Source of the DNA: Cellvibrionales bacterium
GTDB taxonomy: Bacteria > Pseudomonadota > Gammaproteobacteria > Pseudomonadales > UBA7434
Direction of reading: 5' to 3'
NCBI GenBank assembly: GCA_041941365.1
Contig: JBGTQK010000002.1
Span: 158,419 to 222,418 of the forward strand
DNA: 64,000 nucleotides
Below the pieces are notes generated by a model. The model ran no database searches, was not told the origin of the DNA, and saw nothing but the letters and a program-made list of their open reading frames with translations. The position numbers and the translations under genes are program-made. Below are positions 39,415 to 49,560 of the stretch, one piece after another; position 1 is the first letter of the stretch, and each line of letters begins with the position of its first letter.

Positions 39415-40428
39415 TTAAAAACGACTGCCTGTATACCAGGGTACTGGGCGTGCTCCCTCATCCAGTTTGTCGACTACAGCAAGCACCAATGCAAATAAGG
39501 CCATACGGATAACAACGCCGTTATCCGTTTGCCTGAAAATAGCCAGATTGGGATTTTCGTTTAAATCGGTATCCAGCTCATTGGCTTCTGCGCGCGAGTC
39601 TCTTGGTAATGGGTGCATAATCACTGTGTTAGGCTCACAATGCTGTGTATAAACGGCTTGATTCAACCTGAACTTACCCCTGTAACGGTCAGCTTCTTCC
39701 TGAGAACCAAATCGCTCCTCTTGTATACGTGTTGAATAGGCAATATCAACATGCGAAATACTTTCTTCCAGCATTTGAGAAACAGAAACAGAATGCCCTG
39801 CAGCTTTCAGTTTTTCTATGACGTAATCCGGCATTGACAATGCTTCGGGTGAAATCAACTGCAAAGAGACACTTTTATAACAGCAAAGTAACATGGCTAA
39901 CGAATGCACTGTGCGGCCATACTTAAGATCACCGATCATCGCTATGCGTAGCCCATCCAGACTACGCCCTTTTGCCGTCATCTCTTTTTGAATGGTATAA
40001 AGATCCAGTAACGCCTGTGTTGGATGCTCGTTCGTACCATCACCGCCATTCACAACAGGCACACGACTGGCTGCAGCAAATTCACTAACCGAACCTTCTT
40101 TGGGGTGACGCATGGCAATGACATCACTATAGCCACTTAACACTCTGGCTGAATCATATAACGACTCACCCTTGGCAAATGCAGAGCTTTCAAAACCGGT
40201 TGTTTCGCGCACCTCACCACCCAGCAAATTAAAAGCACAACCAAAACTGACTCGCGTACGAGTGCTAGGCTCAAAAAACATATTACTTAAAATGGCGCCC
40301 TCTAACACTCTTGTTATTTTTTGTCTGTGCGCATAGGGCTCCATCAATCGAGCGACTTCAAAAATCCTTTCTATATCCTGTCGCTCGAACTGGTCAATTG
40401 AAAGAATATGGCTACCGGTAAAATTCAT
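39415..40428 (-). CDS. pyrB: aspartate carbamoyltransferase catalytic chain (E. coli-like type)
   Basis: 337 aa. Motifs STRTR, HPTQ, IGDLKYGRTVHS and HPLPR. The 3' end is taken from the ORF track. My manual reading of the A-run at 39416..39421 left me unsure of the exact stop, and the alternative end is about 39379. Confidence 0.85.
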   Translation of the reverse strand: MNFTGSHILSIDQFERQDIERIFEVARLMEPYAHRQKITRVLEGAILSNMFFEPSTRTRVSFGCAFNLLGGEVRETTGFESSAFAKGESLYDSARVLSGYSDVIAMRHPKEGSVSEFAAASRVPVVNGGDGTNEHPTQALLDLYTIQKEMTAKGRSLDGLRIAMIGDLKYGRTVHSLAMLLCCYKSVSLQLISPEALSMPDYVIEKLKAAGHSVSVSQMLEESISHVDIAYSTRIQEERFGSQEEADRYRGKFRLNQAVYTQHCEPNTVIMHPLPRDSRAEANELDTDLNENPNLAIFRQTDNGVVIRMALFALVLAVVDKLDEGARPVPWYTGSRF

Positions 40429-40437
40429 GGATTCGAT

Positions 40438-41448
40438 TTATTCACTTATACAAGTATTACCATTAGGGATCAGGAAATCAGTTGTTGGATTCGCCATTAA
40501 CTCGCACCAGGTACTGGCATCAACGGCCACAGCACCGCCATTACTATCAACAGCTGTCAAATCAAATGTTTTAGAACCAGTCGGTTCAGCTGTAATACTA
40601 ACTTCTGAGCCTGTTGCAGTTGTTAATTCAATTTGCCCTTCTTTTGAAAAGGAGCCATCATCTGCCAAAATATCTTCGCCTGTATCTACATTAAAAATTG
40701 TGCCTAAAGCTCCACTATCTATTGTAAAACCTAACTCTAAAGAATTTTGCGGGGCGTTACCGTTATTGATGTCTACAGGTGTAGTATAGTTAATGCTATT
40801 CGTTGTAAATGTATAGGTAGATTGCGTTTGTTCAAATGGACTCAGGGTATCAAAATCAACTTGTAAATTACCTCCATCTATGATCAACCAATTAAGCTCA
40901 TCAGCATTAAAATTTATATTATAATTTATTGTCCCATTTACCGTGATACTACCATATTCAAGAAAACGAAAATTATTAAATGTAATCTCTCCAACATAGT
41001 TTGAAGTACTCGCATCCGTTCCTGTTTGAAAAGTAAAATCTATTGCCCCTGCAACAATAAAACGCTCAACATAACAATTAACAAAATTGACATTATAAAT
41101 CTTAATATCTATAGGGTTATTTATTTGCCCTATGGCAAGCGGATCATTACTTGAGACTTCCGTTAAACTTCCTATATCACAGGCAAATAATGGTAATGCT
41201 TCTGTACCTGTTTCTAGCTCATTTACTATAAATGCAATAAACTCAAAAATAAGCTCCGGGTACACAAAGGCTTCCTGCAATGCCCTGCCAACTGACAACC
41301 TGTCTTCAAGGCCATCTAACTCCGAAGAGCCACCACCCGATCCATCGCTATCAGAACCGGATACTGCATTCGGATCACCCGAACTACAGCTTATCAGACC
41401 TCCGATAAGCAACGCATAAAGAGCAATACACAGGAATCTTGATTTCAT
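40438..41448 (-). CDS. hypothetical lipoprotein (Asn/Thr-rich, beta-rich)
   Basis: MKSRFLCIALYALLIGGLISC|SSG lipobox, then a Gly/Ser/Asp linker. I recognise no family. The start was moved to the ATG at 41448. The gene ends 9 nt before the pyrB ATG. Confidence 0.6.
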   Translation of the reverse strand: MKSRFLCIALYALLIGGLISCSSGDPNAVSGSDSDGSGGGSSELDGLEDRLSVGRALQEAFVYPELIFEFIAFIVNELETGTEALPLFACDIGSLTEVSSNDPLAIGQINNPIDIKIYNVNFVNCYVERFIVAGAIDFTFQTGTDASTSNYVGEITFNNFRFLEYGSITVNGTINYNINFNADELNWLIIDGGNLQVDFDTLSPFEQTQSTYTFTTNSINYTTPVDINNGNAPQNSLELGFTIDSGALGTIFNVDTGEDILADDGSFSKEGQIELTTATGSEVSITAEPTGSKTFDLTAVDSNGGAVAVDASTWCELMANPTTDFLIPNGNTCISE

Positions 41449-41662
41449 AAAATGGCCATATTGGAAAACTTCATCAACTGGCAAGTCTAACTTTTTTTAG
41501 GCGCCTAGCCAATCTACTTTCTCTGCAAATCTCGCACAGTTAATGCTTTATTTGCAATAATTCCGGCTATATTTTCCTCTATTTAAGTTACTTTCAATAG
41601 TTGTACTTTAAATTTAAAATGCTCATTTATTTTGACATAAGTAAGAAGTTTGTATTTTTGCT

Positions 41663-42316
41663 ATGAATAAACCCGGTCTTTTTGTCGTTGGACTCACTGG
41701 TGGTATTGCTTCGGGCAAATCAACTGCCGCTAATTACTTTCGTGATTTAGGCGTTACCGTAATTGATGCGGACCAGATAGCCAGAAATGTCGTAGAACCA
41801 GATCAACCTGCTTACCTTAGCATTGTAGATCGCTACGGAGCAGGCATACTCAACAAAGATAAAACGTTAGATCGTGATAAACTCAGAAATATCATTTTCC
41901 CCGATGGCTCGCCCAACAATAACGAAAAAAAATGGCTGGAATCTGTTACGCATCCTGCAATCCGGGATGAAATGTTTCGACAGCTTAATCTACCATCAAA
42001 AAAACAGGAAACCAGCTATCGCATACTTGAAGTACCATTATTAATGGAAAATCTTGAACACTACCCGGTAGATCGCATATTATTGATTGACAGCGAACAC
42101 GAAGACCAAATTCAAAGAGGCAGTGAGAGAGACGACAAAACTGCTGAACAAATACAATCTATAATCAACGCGCAAATGCCAAGAAATGAAAAAAAAGAAC
42201 TGGCACATGATATCATCATTAACAATTCAACTTTAGAGCATCTAAAACAAGCAGTATCCGATTTAAATATTTATTACAACGAACTTGCTGAAGAAAAAAT
42301 ATCAAATTCGAAATAA
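41663..42316 (+). CDS. coaE: dephospho-CoA kinase
   Basis: 217 aa. P-loop GLTGGIASGKST. Confidence 0.9.
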   Translation: MNKPGLFVVGLTGGIASGKSTAANYFRDLGVTVIDADQIARNVVEPDQPAYLSIVDRYGAGILNKDKTLDRDKLRNIIFPDGSPNNNEKKWLESVTHPAIRDEMFRQLNLPSKKQETSYRILEVPLLMENLEHYPVDRILLIDSEHEDQIQRGSERDDKTAEQIQSIINAQMPRNEKKELAHDIIINNSTLEHLKQAVSDLNIYYNELAEEKISNSK

Positions 42317-42356
42317 TCTTTAGTCATTTTAAACGGGGAAAACAGAGGCCATAGTT

Positions 42357-43142
42357 ATGTACAAAATAATTAACGCACCAGAAAAAGATTGCCCATTAAT
42401 GGTTTTTTTACACGGCTGGCCCGATAACGACACACTGTGGCAACACCAGATAGAATACTTTAAAAAGAACTACCACTGCGCTGTTTTTGATTACTCTCAG
42501 TTTGCAACACATACGCCAAACCGACTTTCTGTATCTTTGGATGATCTGGAAAATGCCATTATTGAGCAAATCAGCTCTATATTGTCTGATATGAATAAAA
42601 AATCTTTTATTCTTGTAGCGCACGACTGGGGGGCTTATCTTGCCTATCGTGTACAAGACAGACTACCGAAGCAAACCGAAAAACTGGTTACACTGGATGT
42701 ATCCGGAAATGTCAGCTCGTTGAATATTTTCAATATGTTTAAAGTGACTATCTATCAATGGTACCTGGCTTTTATGTACATGATTGGCGACTGCACACCC
42801 AGGCTTTCAAATTATTTTACTCAGGCTTTAGCCAGAATTATGCGATGCCCATCAAGGGATCTGATAAACACTCATTCGAACTATTATTATTTCAGCTTTT
42901 GGAAAAATTTCTTTACAGGCAAATGGAGCAAAGTCTTTTTTGACTACCGACCGGACTGTCCACAATTATTTATTTATGCAGGGGTTTCACCTATTAAGCT
43001 CCACACACAAAACTGGTTAGAGCATACAGATAAAAGAAACGACTCAAAAGTCATAAAAATGCCGAACCACAGACATTGGTTTCTTCTGGAAAACCCGGAA
43101 CAAACCAACACCTGGATTGAAGAGTGGCTACAAGGAAAATAG
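42357..43142 (+). CDS. alpha/beta hydrolase, epoxide-hydrolase/haloalkane-dehalogenase-like
   Basis: 261 aa. HGWPD oxyanion motif, Asp nucleophile elbow AHDWGA, and a C-terminal NHRHWF His. Confidence 0.7.
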   Translation: MYKIINAPEKDCPLMVFLHGWPDNDTLWQHQIEYFKKNYHCAVFDYSQFATHTPNRLSVSLDDLENAIIEQISSILSDMNKKSFILVAHDWGAYLAYRVQDRLPKQTEKLVTLDVSGNVSSLNIFNMFKVTIYQWYLAFMYMIGDCTPRLSNYFTQALARIMRCPSRDLINTHSNYYYFSFWKNFFTGKWSKVFFDYRPDCPQLFIYAGVSPIKLHTQNWLEHTDKRNDSKVIKMPNHRHWFLLENPEQTNTWIEEWLQGK

Positions 43143-43195
43143 TACTAGCAATTAAGTGAAGCTGTAGAGTATTTACTTAAAAATCTCCGGGGTTA

Positions 43196-44473
43196 TTACT
43201 TCATGCGATTAACCACTAACGCCAATGTTGCAGCCATTAACCCTGCTGCTATTCCATTAAACATTGGAACATTCTCTTCAGCTGGAGAGGTAGGTTCTTT
43301 TACCCATGGCCCTGTAACTTCATAGGTTACACCCGGGTTTCGCTGAGAACTAAAATACAACCTTGTTCCATCCGGAGATAACGCCGGGCCAGTAATTTCT
43401 GAATCCGGCACATCGGGTATCTGCACTACCGGTTTCACTATGCCGCTTGAGGTTAAACCAACAATCTGCATATTACCGCCATCTTCTGCTACAAACACAT
43501 CGCCTGAAGCCGAAACACAAACATTATCTACACCTGATAACTCCGGATTACTACTGGTAGCCAAATCATAAAAGATTGAAATTTCCTGGGTAACTGTATC
43601 GATTTTCCAGACTCGATTACTTCCCTTGGTAGTGAAGTAAACCAGACCATTCTCATACCAGCAGCCTTCGCCACCATTAAATCTTGTCGCTTCAGGCACC
43701 TGGTTACGCGTCGGATTAAAGATAGTAGCTTGTGGTCGTGGGACAGTGTGCCATGCAAGCCCTCTAATCTGGCCAGGCGCTATTGATCCTAGATTCTGAG
43801 GATCAAGTATTTCTGCCGCCTCCAATCTACCACTGGATAAATCCGGGTAGTTGTCTGGTATAAATCGATAAAGCAAACCATCCGATTCATCTTCTGTTAG
43901 ATAAATAACCTTATGTACAGGGTCAACTGCAGCTGCTTCATGCTTGAATTTACCCATAGCAGGGCGCACAATACCTTGTGAGTTAGGGGTATAAGGGTCA
44001 CATTCCCAGACCTCACCTAAAGGAACTTCTTCGCAAGATAACCAGGTTCCCCATGGTGTAGGACCACCTGCACAATTAACGTTAGTTAAACGCAATATTG
44101 GATAGGCATCAACAATATTTCCTTGTGCATCAAAACGCACGGCATTTACACCACCAAGGAAAAAAGGAATTTCAGCATTCGATACATAAATCCAGCCACC
44201 GTCTTCCGTAGCGAAAGTCGCGCCTCCGTCAGGAAAATTATGCCAGATTTGATTTGTACCCGTTACAGCCCGACCACTAATAGCAATAATACGCCCGGTA
44301 AATCCTGGAGGAAGCATCAATCCATTACCATCTGGAGGTAATAATTCGCCAAAATCCTCTATAGCACTTGCTATAAGGGGAGAGCCTATAGCTGTTGAAC
44401 CACCGAATAAGCTAAGACCGAGTCCGCCAAAGACACTGTTTTTAACAAACGATCTTCTGGATATTTTACTCAT
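43196..44473 (-). CDS. Tat-exported PhoX-like / DUF839 beta-propeller protein with a C-terminal hydrophobic anchor
   Basis: 425 aa. Twin-arginine leader SRRSFVKNSV...ASA, the CAGGPTPWGTWLSCEE motif typical of the PhoX/DUF839 family, and a C-terminal GIAAGLMAATLALVVNRMK. Confidence 0.7.
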   Translation of the reverse strand: MSKISRRSFVKNSVFGGLGLSLFGGSTAIGSPLIASAIEDFGELLPPDGNGLMLPPGFTGRIIAISGRAVTGTNQIWHNFPDGGATFATEDGGWIYVSNAEIPFFLGGVNAVRFDAQGNIVDAYPILRLTNVNCAGGPTPWGTWLSCEEVPLGEVWECDPYTPNSQGIVRPAMGKFKHEAAAVDPVHKVIYLTEDESDGLLYRFIPDNYPDLSSGRLEAAEILDPQNLGSIAPGQIRGLAWHTVPRPQATIFNPTRNQVPEATRFNGGEGCWYENGLVYFTTKGSNRVWKIDTVTQEISIFYDLATSSNPELSGVDNVCVSASGDVFVAEDGGNMQIVGLTSSGIVKPVVQIPDVPDSEITGPALSPDGTRLYFSSQRNPGVTYEVTGPWVKEPTSPAEENVPMFNGIAAGLMAATLALVVNRMK

Positions 44474-44714
44474 GATTTGTTTACCATTGAAAGCATCTGA
44501 AAAGCATATGACCTATGCCAACCAGAACAATTTTGAAACAGGGAATAATCTAATGAAATAGATAGCGAAGCATTCTATTTGCTCTATATGTCTCTTTTAT
44601 TACAATAAAGCAACAAATTAATCTTAATTATCGACATAGAATTGAAAATGAATATTTCTTTATTTACATCTTGGACTCGTTATAATCAAAACTCAGCTAA
44701 CTATCTTCAGGCCT

Positions 44715-44924
44715 ATGACCGCTAAAAATACGATAAAACAACTTTCTGTTGAATGTCCAACCTGCCATGCAACAGTTGTATGGTCAGAAGAGTTCAAGTA
44801 TCGCCCTTTTTGTTCCAAGCGTTGTAAAGATGGCGATTTTATTGGCTGGGCAAACGAAGATAACAAAATAGCTGGCTCATCAAACTTTGATGATATTTTT
44901 AGCGAGAGCCTGGATAAACATTAA
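44715..44924 (+). CDS. yacG: DNA gyrase inhibitor YacG
   Basis: 69 aa. Zinc finger CPTC...(17 aa)...CSKRCK followed by DFIGWANE. Confidence 0.88.
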   Translation: MTAKNTIKQLSVECPTCHATVVWSEEFKYRPFCSKRCKDGDFIGWANEDNKIAGSSNFDDIFSESLDKH

Positions 44925-44941
44925 TAGCCTTTTTTGGCTAT
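44924..44941. terminator. short hairpin filling the yacG/mutT convergent gap
   Basis: atagcc-tttttt-ggctat, a 6-bp stem spanning exactly from the yacG stop to the mutT stop. Possibly a bidirectional terminator. Confidence 0.3.
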
Positions 44942-45334
44942 TCAATATTTCTCTAACAAATGCTCTATGATTTCATCGTTGGCTTTTGGAAAGCTATAGT
45001 CATCTAACTGCGCTAATGGCATCCACTTTATTTCCTGACCTTCCTGACCTTTTGGGTAGCCAGTGAATTCAGTTACTTTATACACATCAAGCAGAACAGC
45101 TTTATCACTATAATTGTGTTTTACAATCAATAACGGTTGGCTTACTTTTATTGTTATATCCAACTCTTCTTGCAATTCTCTTGTTAATGCTTGTTGAGTT
45201 GTTTCACCTTCTTCTATCTTACCTCCTGGAAACTCCCACAACCCTCCCTGATGAACGTGCGCAGGACGTAAAGCAATTAGCACTTCTTTTTTATCATTAA
45301 GGATAACACCAACAGCGACACGTATTTCATTCAT
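44942..45334 (-). CDS. mutT: Nudix hydrolase, MutT-like 8-oxo-dGTP diphosphatase
   Basis: 130 aa. Nudix box GGKIEEGETTQQALTRELQEELDI. Position near secA. Confidence 0.8.
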   Translation of the reverse strand: MNEIRVAVGVILNDKKEVLIALRPAHVHQGGLWEFPGGKIEEGETTQQALTRELQEELDITIKVSQPLLIVKHNYSDKAVLLDVYKVTEFTGYPKGQEGQEIKWMPLAQLDDYSFPKANDEIIEHLLEKY

Positions 45335-45357
45335 GGATTTTGTCGTTATTCTATTAG

Positions 45358-46614
45358 TCAGGTACGATATTCCGCATTAATTCGAATATAATCATGAGAT
45401 AAATCGCTGGTCCATACGGTTTCGCTGTATTCACCTCGACCCAAATCAATCGTTAGAATAATTTCTTTTTCTTCCATTATACGTGTAGCGATAGACTCAT
45501 CATAGCTGAAGGAACGACCTCCATTTTCACAAATACAGTGCTCCCCCATACTGATTGTTATTTTATTAATATCCAGCTTATCTTTACTTGAAATATCCGC
45601 CGATCCTATTCCAGAACGTCCAACAGCTGCAAGAATTCGCCCCCAATTGGGATCACTGGCAAAAAAAGCCGTTTTAACTAATGGAGATTCTGCAACCGCA
45701 TAAGCCACTTGTAAACATTCATCTTCGTTTAAACCACCTTTTACATGAATGGTTATAAACTTTGTCGCCCCTTCTGCATCACGAATAATTGCTGTTGCCA
45801 AATCTTGCAGCAATAATGTCAAACCATGCTCAAAAATCTGATAAGCTTCCGTTCCTTTATGAACTTTAATGGAAGATTTTGCTGTAGCTGCAAGTACACA
45901 AGCATCGTTTGTTGAGGTATCTCCATCTACAGTAATACGGTTAAATGACTTTTTTACTGCCGCCATTAACAACTCATCCAATAAAGCCTGCTCTATTTGA
46001 GCATCAGTTGCGATATAGGAAAGCATAGTTGCCATGTCAGGCTTGATCATACCAGCACCTTTAGATATACCAGTAAGATTTATTTTCTCCCCTTCTATAT
46101 CAATCTGACGGGAAACCAGCTTTGGGCAAGTATCAGTAGTCATAATCGCATTTGCTGCAATCTGCCAACCATTTTCGTTAAGACTATCTATTAACATCTG
46201 GGAGCACTGTTCTATTTTTTCAACAGGTAATGGCTCACCTATCACACCTGTCGAAAACGGAAGTACATTAAATGGAGAAATAGCAAGTTTTTCAGCGATT
46301 GATTGACAACTGCGTTGAGCAGCTTCATATCCTTGTTCACCTGTTCCTGCATTGGCGTTTCCCGCATTAATCAGACAATACAACGCTTCGCCGCATGAAG
46401 ACCACTCTGAAAGATGCTTTCTTGCTAAAACAACAGGCGCTGCACAAAATAAATTCTGGGTAAATACCGCTGAAACAGAACTTCCTGCTTCAATTTCCAT
46501 TAACGCCAAATCAAGCTGGGGCTTTTGATTTTCGCCTGCTTTTTTTATGCCAGCAGCAACACCTCCCCAACGAACACCCTTAATAGACAATATATGTGAT
46601 GCTTCTTCTAACAT
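45358..46614 (-). CDS. argJ: bifunctional glutamate N-acetyltransferase / amino-acid acetyltransferase
   Basis: 418 aa. Autoprocessing site DMATMLSYIATD and C-terminal YIRINAEYRT. Confidence 0.93.
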   Translation of the reverse strand: MLEEASHILSIKGVRWGGVAAGIKKAGENQKPQLDLALMEIEAGSSVSAVFTQNLFCAAPVVLARKHLSEWSSCGEALYCLINAGNANAGTGEQGYEAAQRSCQSIAEKLAISPFNVLPFSTGVIGEPLPVEKIEQCSQMLIDSLNENGWQIAANAIMTTDTCPKLVSRQIDIEGEKINLTGISKGAGMIKPDMATMLSYIATDAQIEQALLDELLMAAVKKSFNRITVDGDTSTNDACVLAATAKSSIKVHKGTEAYQIFEHGLTLLLQDLATAIIRDAEGATKFITIHVKGGLNEDECLQVAYAVAESPLVKTAFFASDPNWGRILAAVGRSGIGSADISSKDKLDINKITISMGEHCICENGGRSFSYDESIATRIMEEKEIILTIDLGRGEYSETVWTSDLSHDYIRINAEYRT

Positions 46615-46624
46615 TACAATGCTG

Positions 46625-49366
46625 TTAGCTCATTTTACCGTGACAGGCCTTATACTTTTTACCAGAACCGCAAGGACAAGGTTCGTTTCTGCCAATTTTA
46701 CGACCTGTTCTAACCATAGGCTCATTTGTATTTGAAGAAGCTGCTGTTTGTTCCTGGCTTTCTCCTGTAGCTAGGGAAGCCCCTGGATGACTGGCAGTAA
46801 TCTTCTGGCTTTCTTGCTCATCTCGTCTTTGTTTTTCTATTGCATCCGGATCATCTTGTGGTTTAATTTGCACTAAAGAAAGAAAACGAATAAATTCAAG
46901 TTTGACATTTTCTAACATCGATTGGAATAATTCAAAAGCTTCCCTTTTATATTCCTGCTTGGGATTTCTACCCGCATAACCTCTCAAACCAATACCTTGA
47001 CGCAATTGATCCATTGTAGCCAAATGCTCTTTCCACAATTGATCTAACACTTGCAACATGATTTGTTTTTCAAAACGTCTGGCAGCATCCCCCAAAGGCT
47101 CTATCTTTTCAAGATACTTTTCTTTTACAGCTTCAACGATTCTTTCTCGCAAGCTTTCTTCAACAAGACCTTTTTCAGCATCCAGCCATTTGGCAATGGG
47201 TAATTCTATATCGTAGTCACTCTTTAGCCCTTCTTCCAGACCAGGAATATCCCATTGTTCCTCCAGACTTTGTGGTGGTATAAATTGACTGATAGAGTCA
47301 TTCACAACATCACCGCGAATACTATCCATCATCTCTACGATATCTTCTGAAAGCAGAATGTCATCTCGTTGCTGGTAGATAATCTGGCGCTGATCATTTG
47401 ATACATCATCAAATTCAAGAAGCTGTTTACGAATATCAAAATTTCGCCCTTCAACTTTGCGCTGGGCTTTTTCTATTGCGTTAGACACCATTTTATGCTC
47501 TATCGCTTCCCCTCGCTCCATTCCTAACTTCTTCATAAAGTTGCGAACACCGTCTGAAGCAAATAAACGCATCAGGTTATCTTCCATAGAAAGATAGAAA
47601 CGTGTAACACCTGGATCACCCTGGCGACCTGCTCGCCCTCTCAACTGATTATCTATACGACGCGATTCGTGCCGCTCGGTTCCGAAGATATGCAAACCAC
47701 CGGCATCCAGCACTTGTTGCTGACGCAGCTTCCAAGCTTCTGTTCGCTCGGCAATTTCCTCCTCACTTGCATTTTCCAACTCAGCCAGCTCCGCTTCCAG
47801 ATTGCCACCTAACACTATATCAGTACCACGACCCGCCATATTAGTAGCAATAGTTACTGTACCTGGACGACCTGCCTGGGCAACTATTTTAGCTTCGCTC
47901 TGGTGAAACTTTGCATTTAGCACCTGGTGAGGGATTTTTTCTTTCTTTAAAAATTTCGATAAAATTTCAGAAGTTTCAATAGAAGCTGTACCCACCAGAA
48001 TTGGTGCGTTAGATTCAATCGCTTCACGTATATCTTTTACTACTGCTTCAAACTTCTCTTCTACTGAAAGATAAACCAGATCGTTAAGGTCTTGCCTTTC
48101 AATTTTCTTATTGGTAGGAATAACAACGACATCGAGATTATATATCTGATGAAATTCTGCCGCTTCTGTATCGGCAGTACCAGTCATACCGGAAAGCTTT
48201 TCATAAAGACGGAAATAATTTTGAAACGTTGTTGATGCCAACGTTTGACTCTCGGCCTGAATTTTTACGTTTTCTTTCGCTTCTAATGCCTGATGCAAGC
48301 CATCTGAAAGACGACGACCGGCCATTGTGCGCCCGGTATGCTCATCTATTAATACGATAGAGCCATCCTTGACAATATACTCCACATCTTTTGTGAAAAG
48401 ATGTTGTGCCCTTAATGCTGTACTTACATGGTGTAACAACCCAAGGTTTTTTGCGGAGTAAAGGCTATCCCCTTCTTCAAGAAGTTGATCTTCTATTAAC
48501 AAACTCTCAACAAACTGATGACCTGCTTCAGTTAACTCGACGGTTCGGCTTTTCTCATCAACAACAAAATCGCCATCCGGTTCTATTTTTTCTTCGAATT
48601 TCTTTTTCTCGGGAATATCGGTTGAACGCTTTAACTTTGGCACTATCGCATTAATTCGCTTGTACATCGCCGAACTATCAGCACTAGCCCCTGAAATAAT
48701 TAAAGGTGTACGCGCCTCATCAATCAGGATAGAGTCGACCTCATCAACAACTGCAAAGTTAAGCCCTCTCATCACCCTGTCTTCTAACGAAAAAGCTGTG
48801 TTATCCCTTAAATAATCAAAACCGAACTCATTATTTGTACCGTACGTTATGTCACATTGGTAAGCTGCTTTCTTGGATTCATAATCCTGTCCAGAAAAAA
48901 TAACGCCTACACTGAGACCCAAAAATTCATAAAGCGGTCTCATCCAGTTCGCGTCACGTTCAGCCAGATAATCATTTACCGTAACAACATGCACACCTTT
49001 GCCCGATAATGCATTCAGATAAACCGGTAATGTGGCTACCAGTGTTTTACCCTCTCCTGTTCGCATTTCTGCAATTTGCCCTTCATGTAAGGCTATACCA
49101 CCTATAAGCTGCACATCAAAGTGGCGCAAACCAAGAGCACGTGTACCGGCTTCTCTGACTGTCGCAAATGCTTCAGGCAATAAATCATTCAATGACTTTC
49201 CATCTGCCAATGCTTGTTTTAATACTGCTGTTTTTGTCTTTAATGCCTCATCATCCAATTGCTGGTACTCTTCAGCCAGCTTATTGATTTTATCAACCAG
49301 CTTACCCATTCGCTTAAGCTGGCGGTCATTACGAGTCCCAAAAACTGATTTAAAAATATTAACCAT
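46625..49366 (-). CDS. secA: preprotein translocase ATPase SecA
   Basis: Starts [20 protein letters not shown]. Walker A MRTGEGKT and C-terminal zinc motif [14 protein letters not shown]. The start was moved to the ATG at 49366. Confidence 0.98.
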   Translation of the reverse strand: MVNIFKSVFGTRNDRQLKRMGKLVDKINKLAEEYQQLDDEALKTKTAVLKQALADGKSLNDLLPEAFATVREAGTRALGLRHFDVQLIGGIALHEGQIAEMRTGEGKTLVATLPVYLNALSGKGVHVVTVNDYLAERDANWMRPLYEFLGLSVGVIFSGQDYESKKAAYQCDITYGTNNEFGFDYLRDNTAFSLEDRVMRGLNFAVVDEVDSILIDEARTPLIISGASADSSAMYKRINAIVPKLKRSTDIPEKKKFEEKIEPDGDFVVDEKSRTVELTEAGHQFVESLLIEDQLLEEGDSLYSAKNLGLLHHVSTALRAQHLFTKDVEYIVKDGSIVLIDEHTGRTMAGRRLSDGLHQALEAKENVKIQAESQTLASTTFQNYFRLYEKLSGMTGTADTEAAEFHQIYNLDVVVIPTNKKIERQDLNDLVYLSVEEKFEAVVKDIREAIESNAPILVGTASIETSEILSKFLKKEKIPHQVLNAKFHQSEAKIVAQAGRPGTVTIATNMAGRGTDIVLGGNLEAELAELENASEEEIAERTEAWKLRQQQVLDAGGLHIFGTERHESRRIDNQLRGRAGRQGDPGVTRFYLSMEDNLMRLFASDGVRNFMKKLGMERGEAIEHKMVSNAIEKAQRKVEGRNFDIRKQLLEFDDVSNDQRQIIYQQRDDILLSEDIVEMMDSIRGDVVNDSISQFIPPQSLEEQWDIPGLEEGLKSDYDIELPIAKWLDAEKGLVEESLRERIVEAVKEKYLEKIEPLGDAARRFEKQIMLQVLDQLWKEHLATMDQLRQGIGLRGYAGRNPKQEYKREAFELFQSMLENVKLEFIRFLSLVQIKPQDDPDAIEKQRRDEQESQKITASHPGASLATGESQEQTAASSNTNEPMVRTGRKIGRNEPCPCGSGKKYKACHGKMS

Positions 49367-49560
49367 AGTAATCTTGATGTAATTGTATTTTGTTATGCCT
49401 GGGGTAGGCTGGAAACCTATGCAAACGACTGCATGCAAATGATTTTATTATCCTGCCACCAGAAAGGGGGCAAAGCATACCATGCTGGCAAAATATCAGA
49501 TAGAAAACAGGTGGGGATTATTGATGAATAATCAAGTCCTGACGCATTAAAAAAACACGC

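Noticed and set aside
40427-41419. Plus-strand ORFs (40427..40789 and 41132..41419) opposite the lipoprotein gene
   Set aside because: They are shadow ORFs with Ser/Pro/Val-rich translations. The minus-strand frame has a proper lipobox signal peptide and is the better model.
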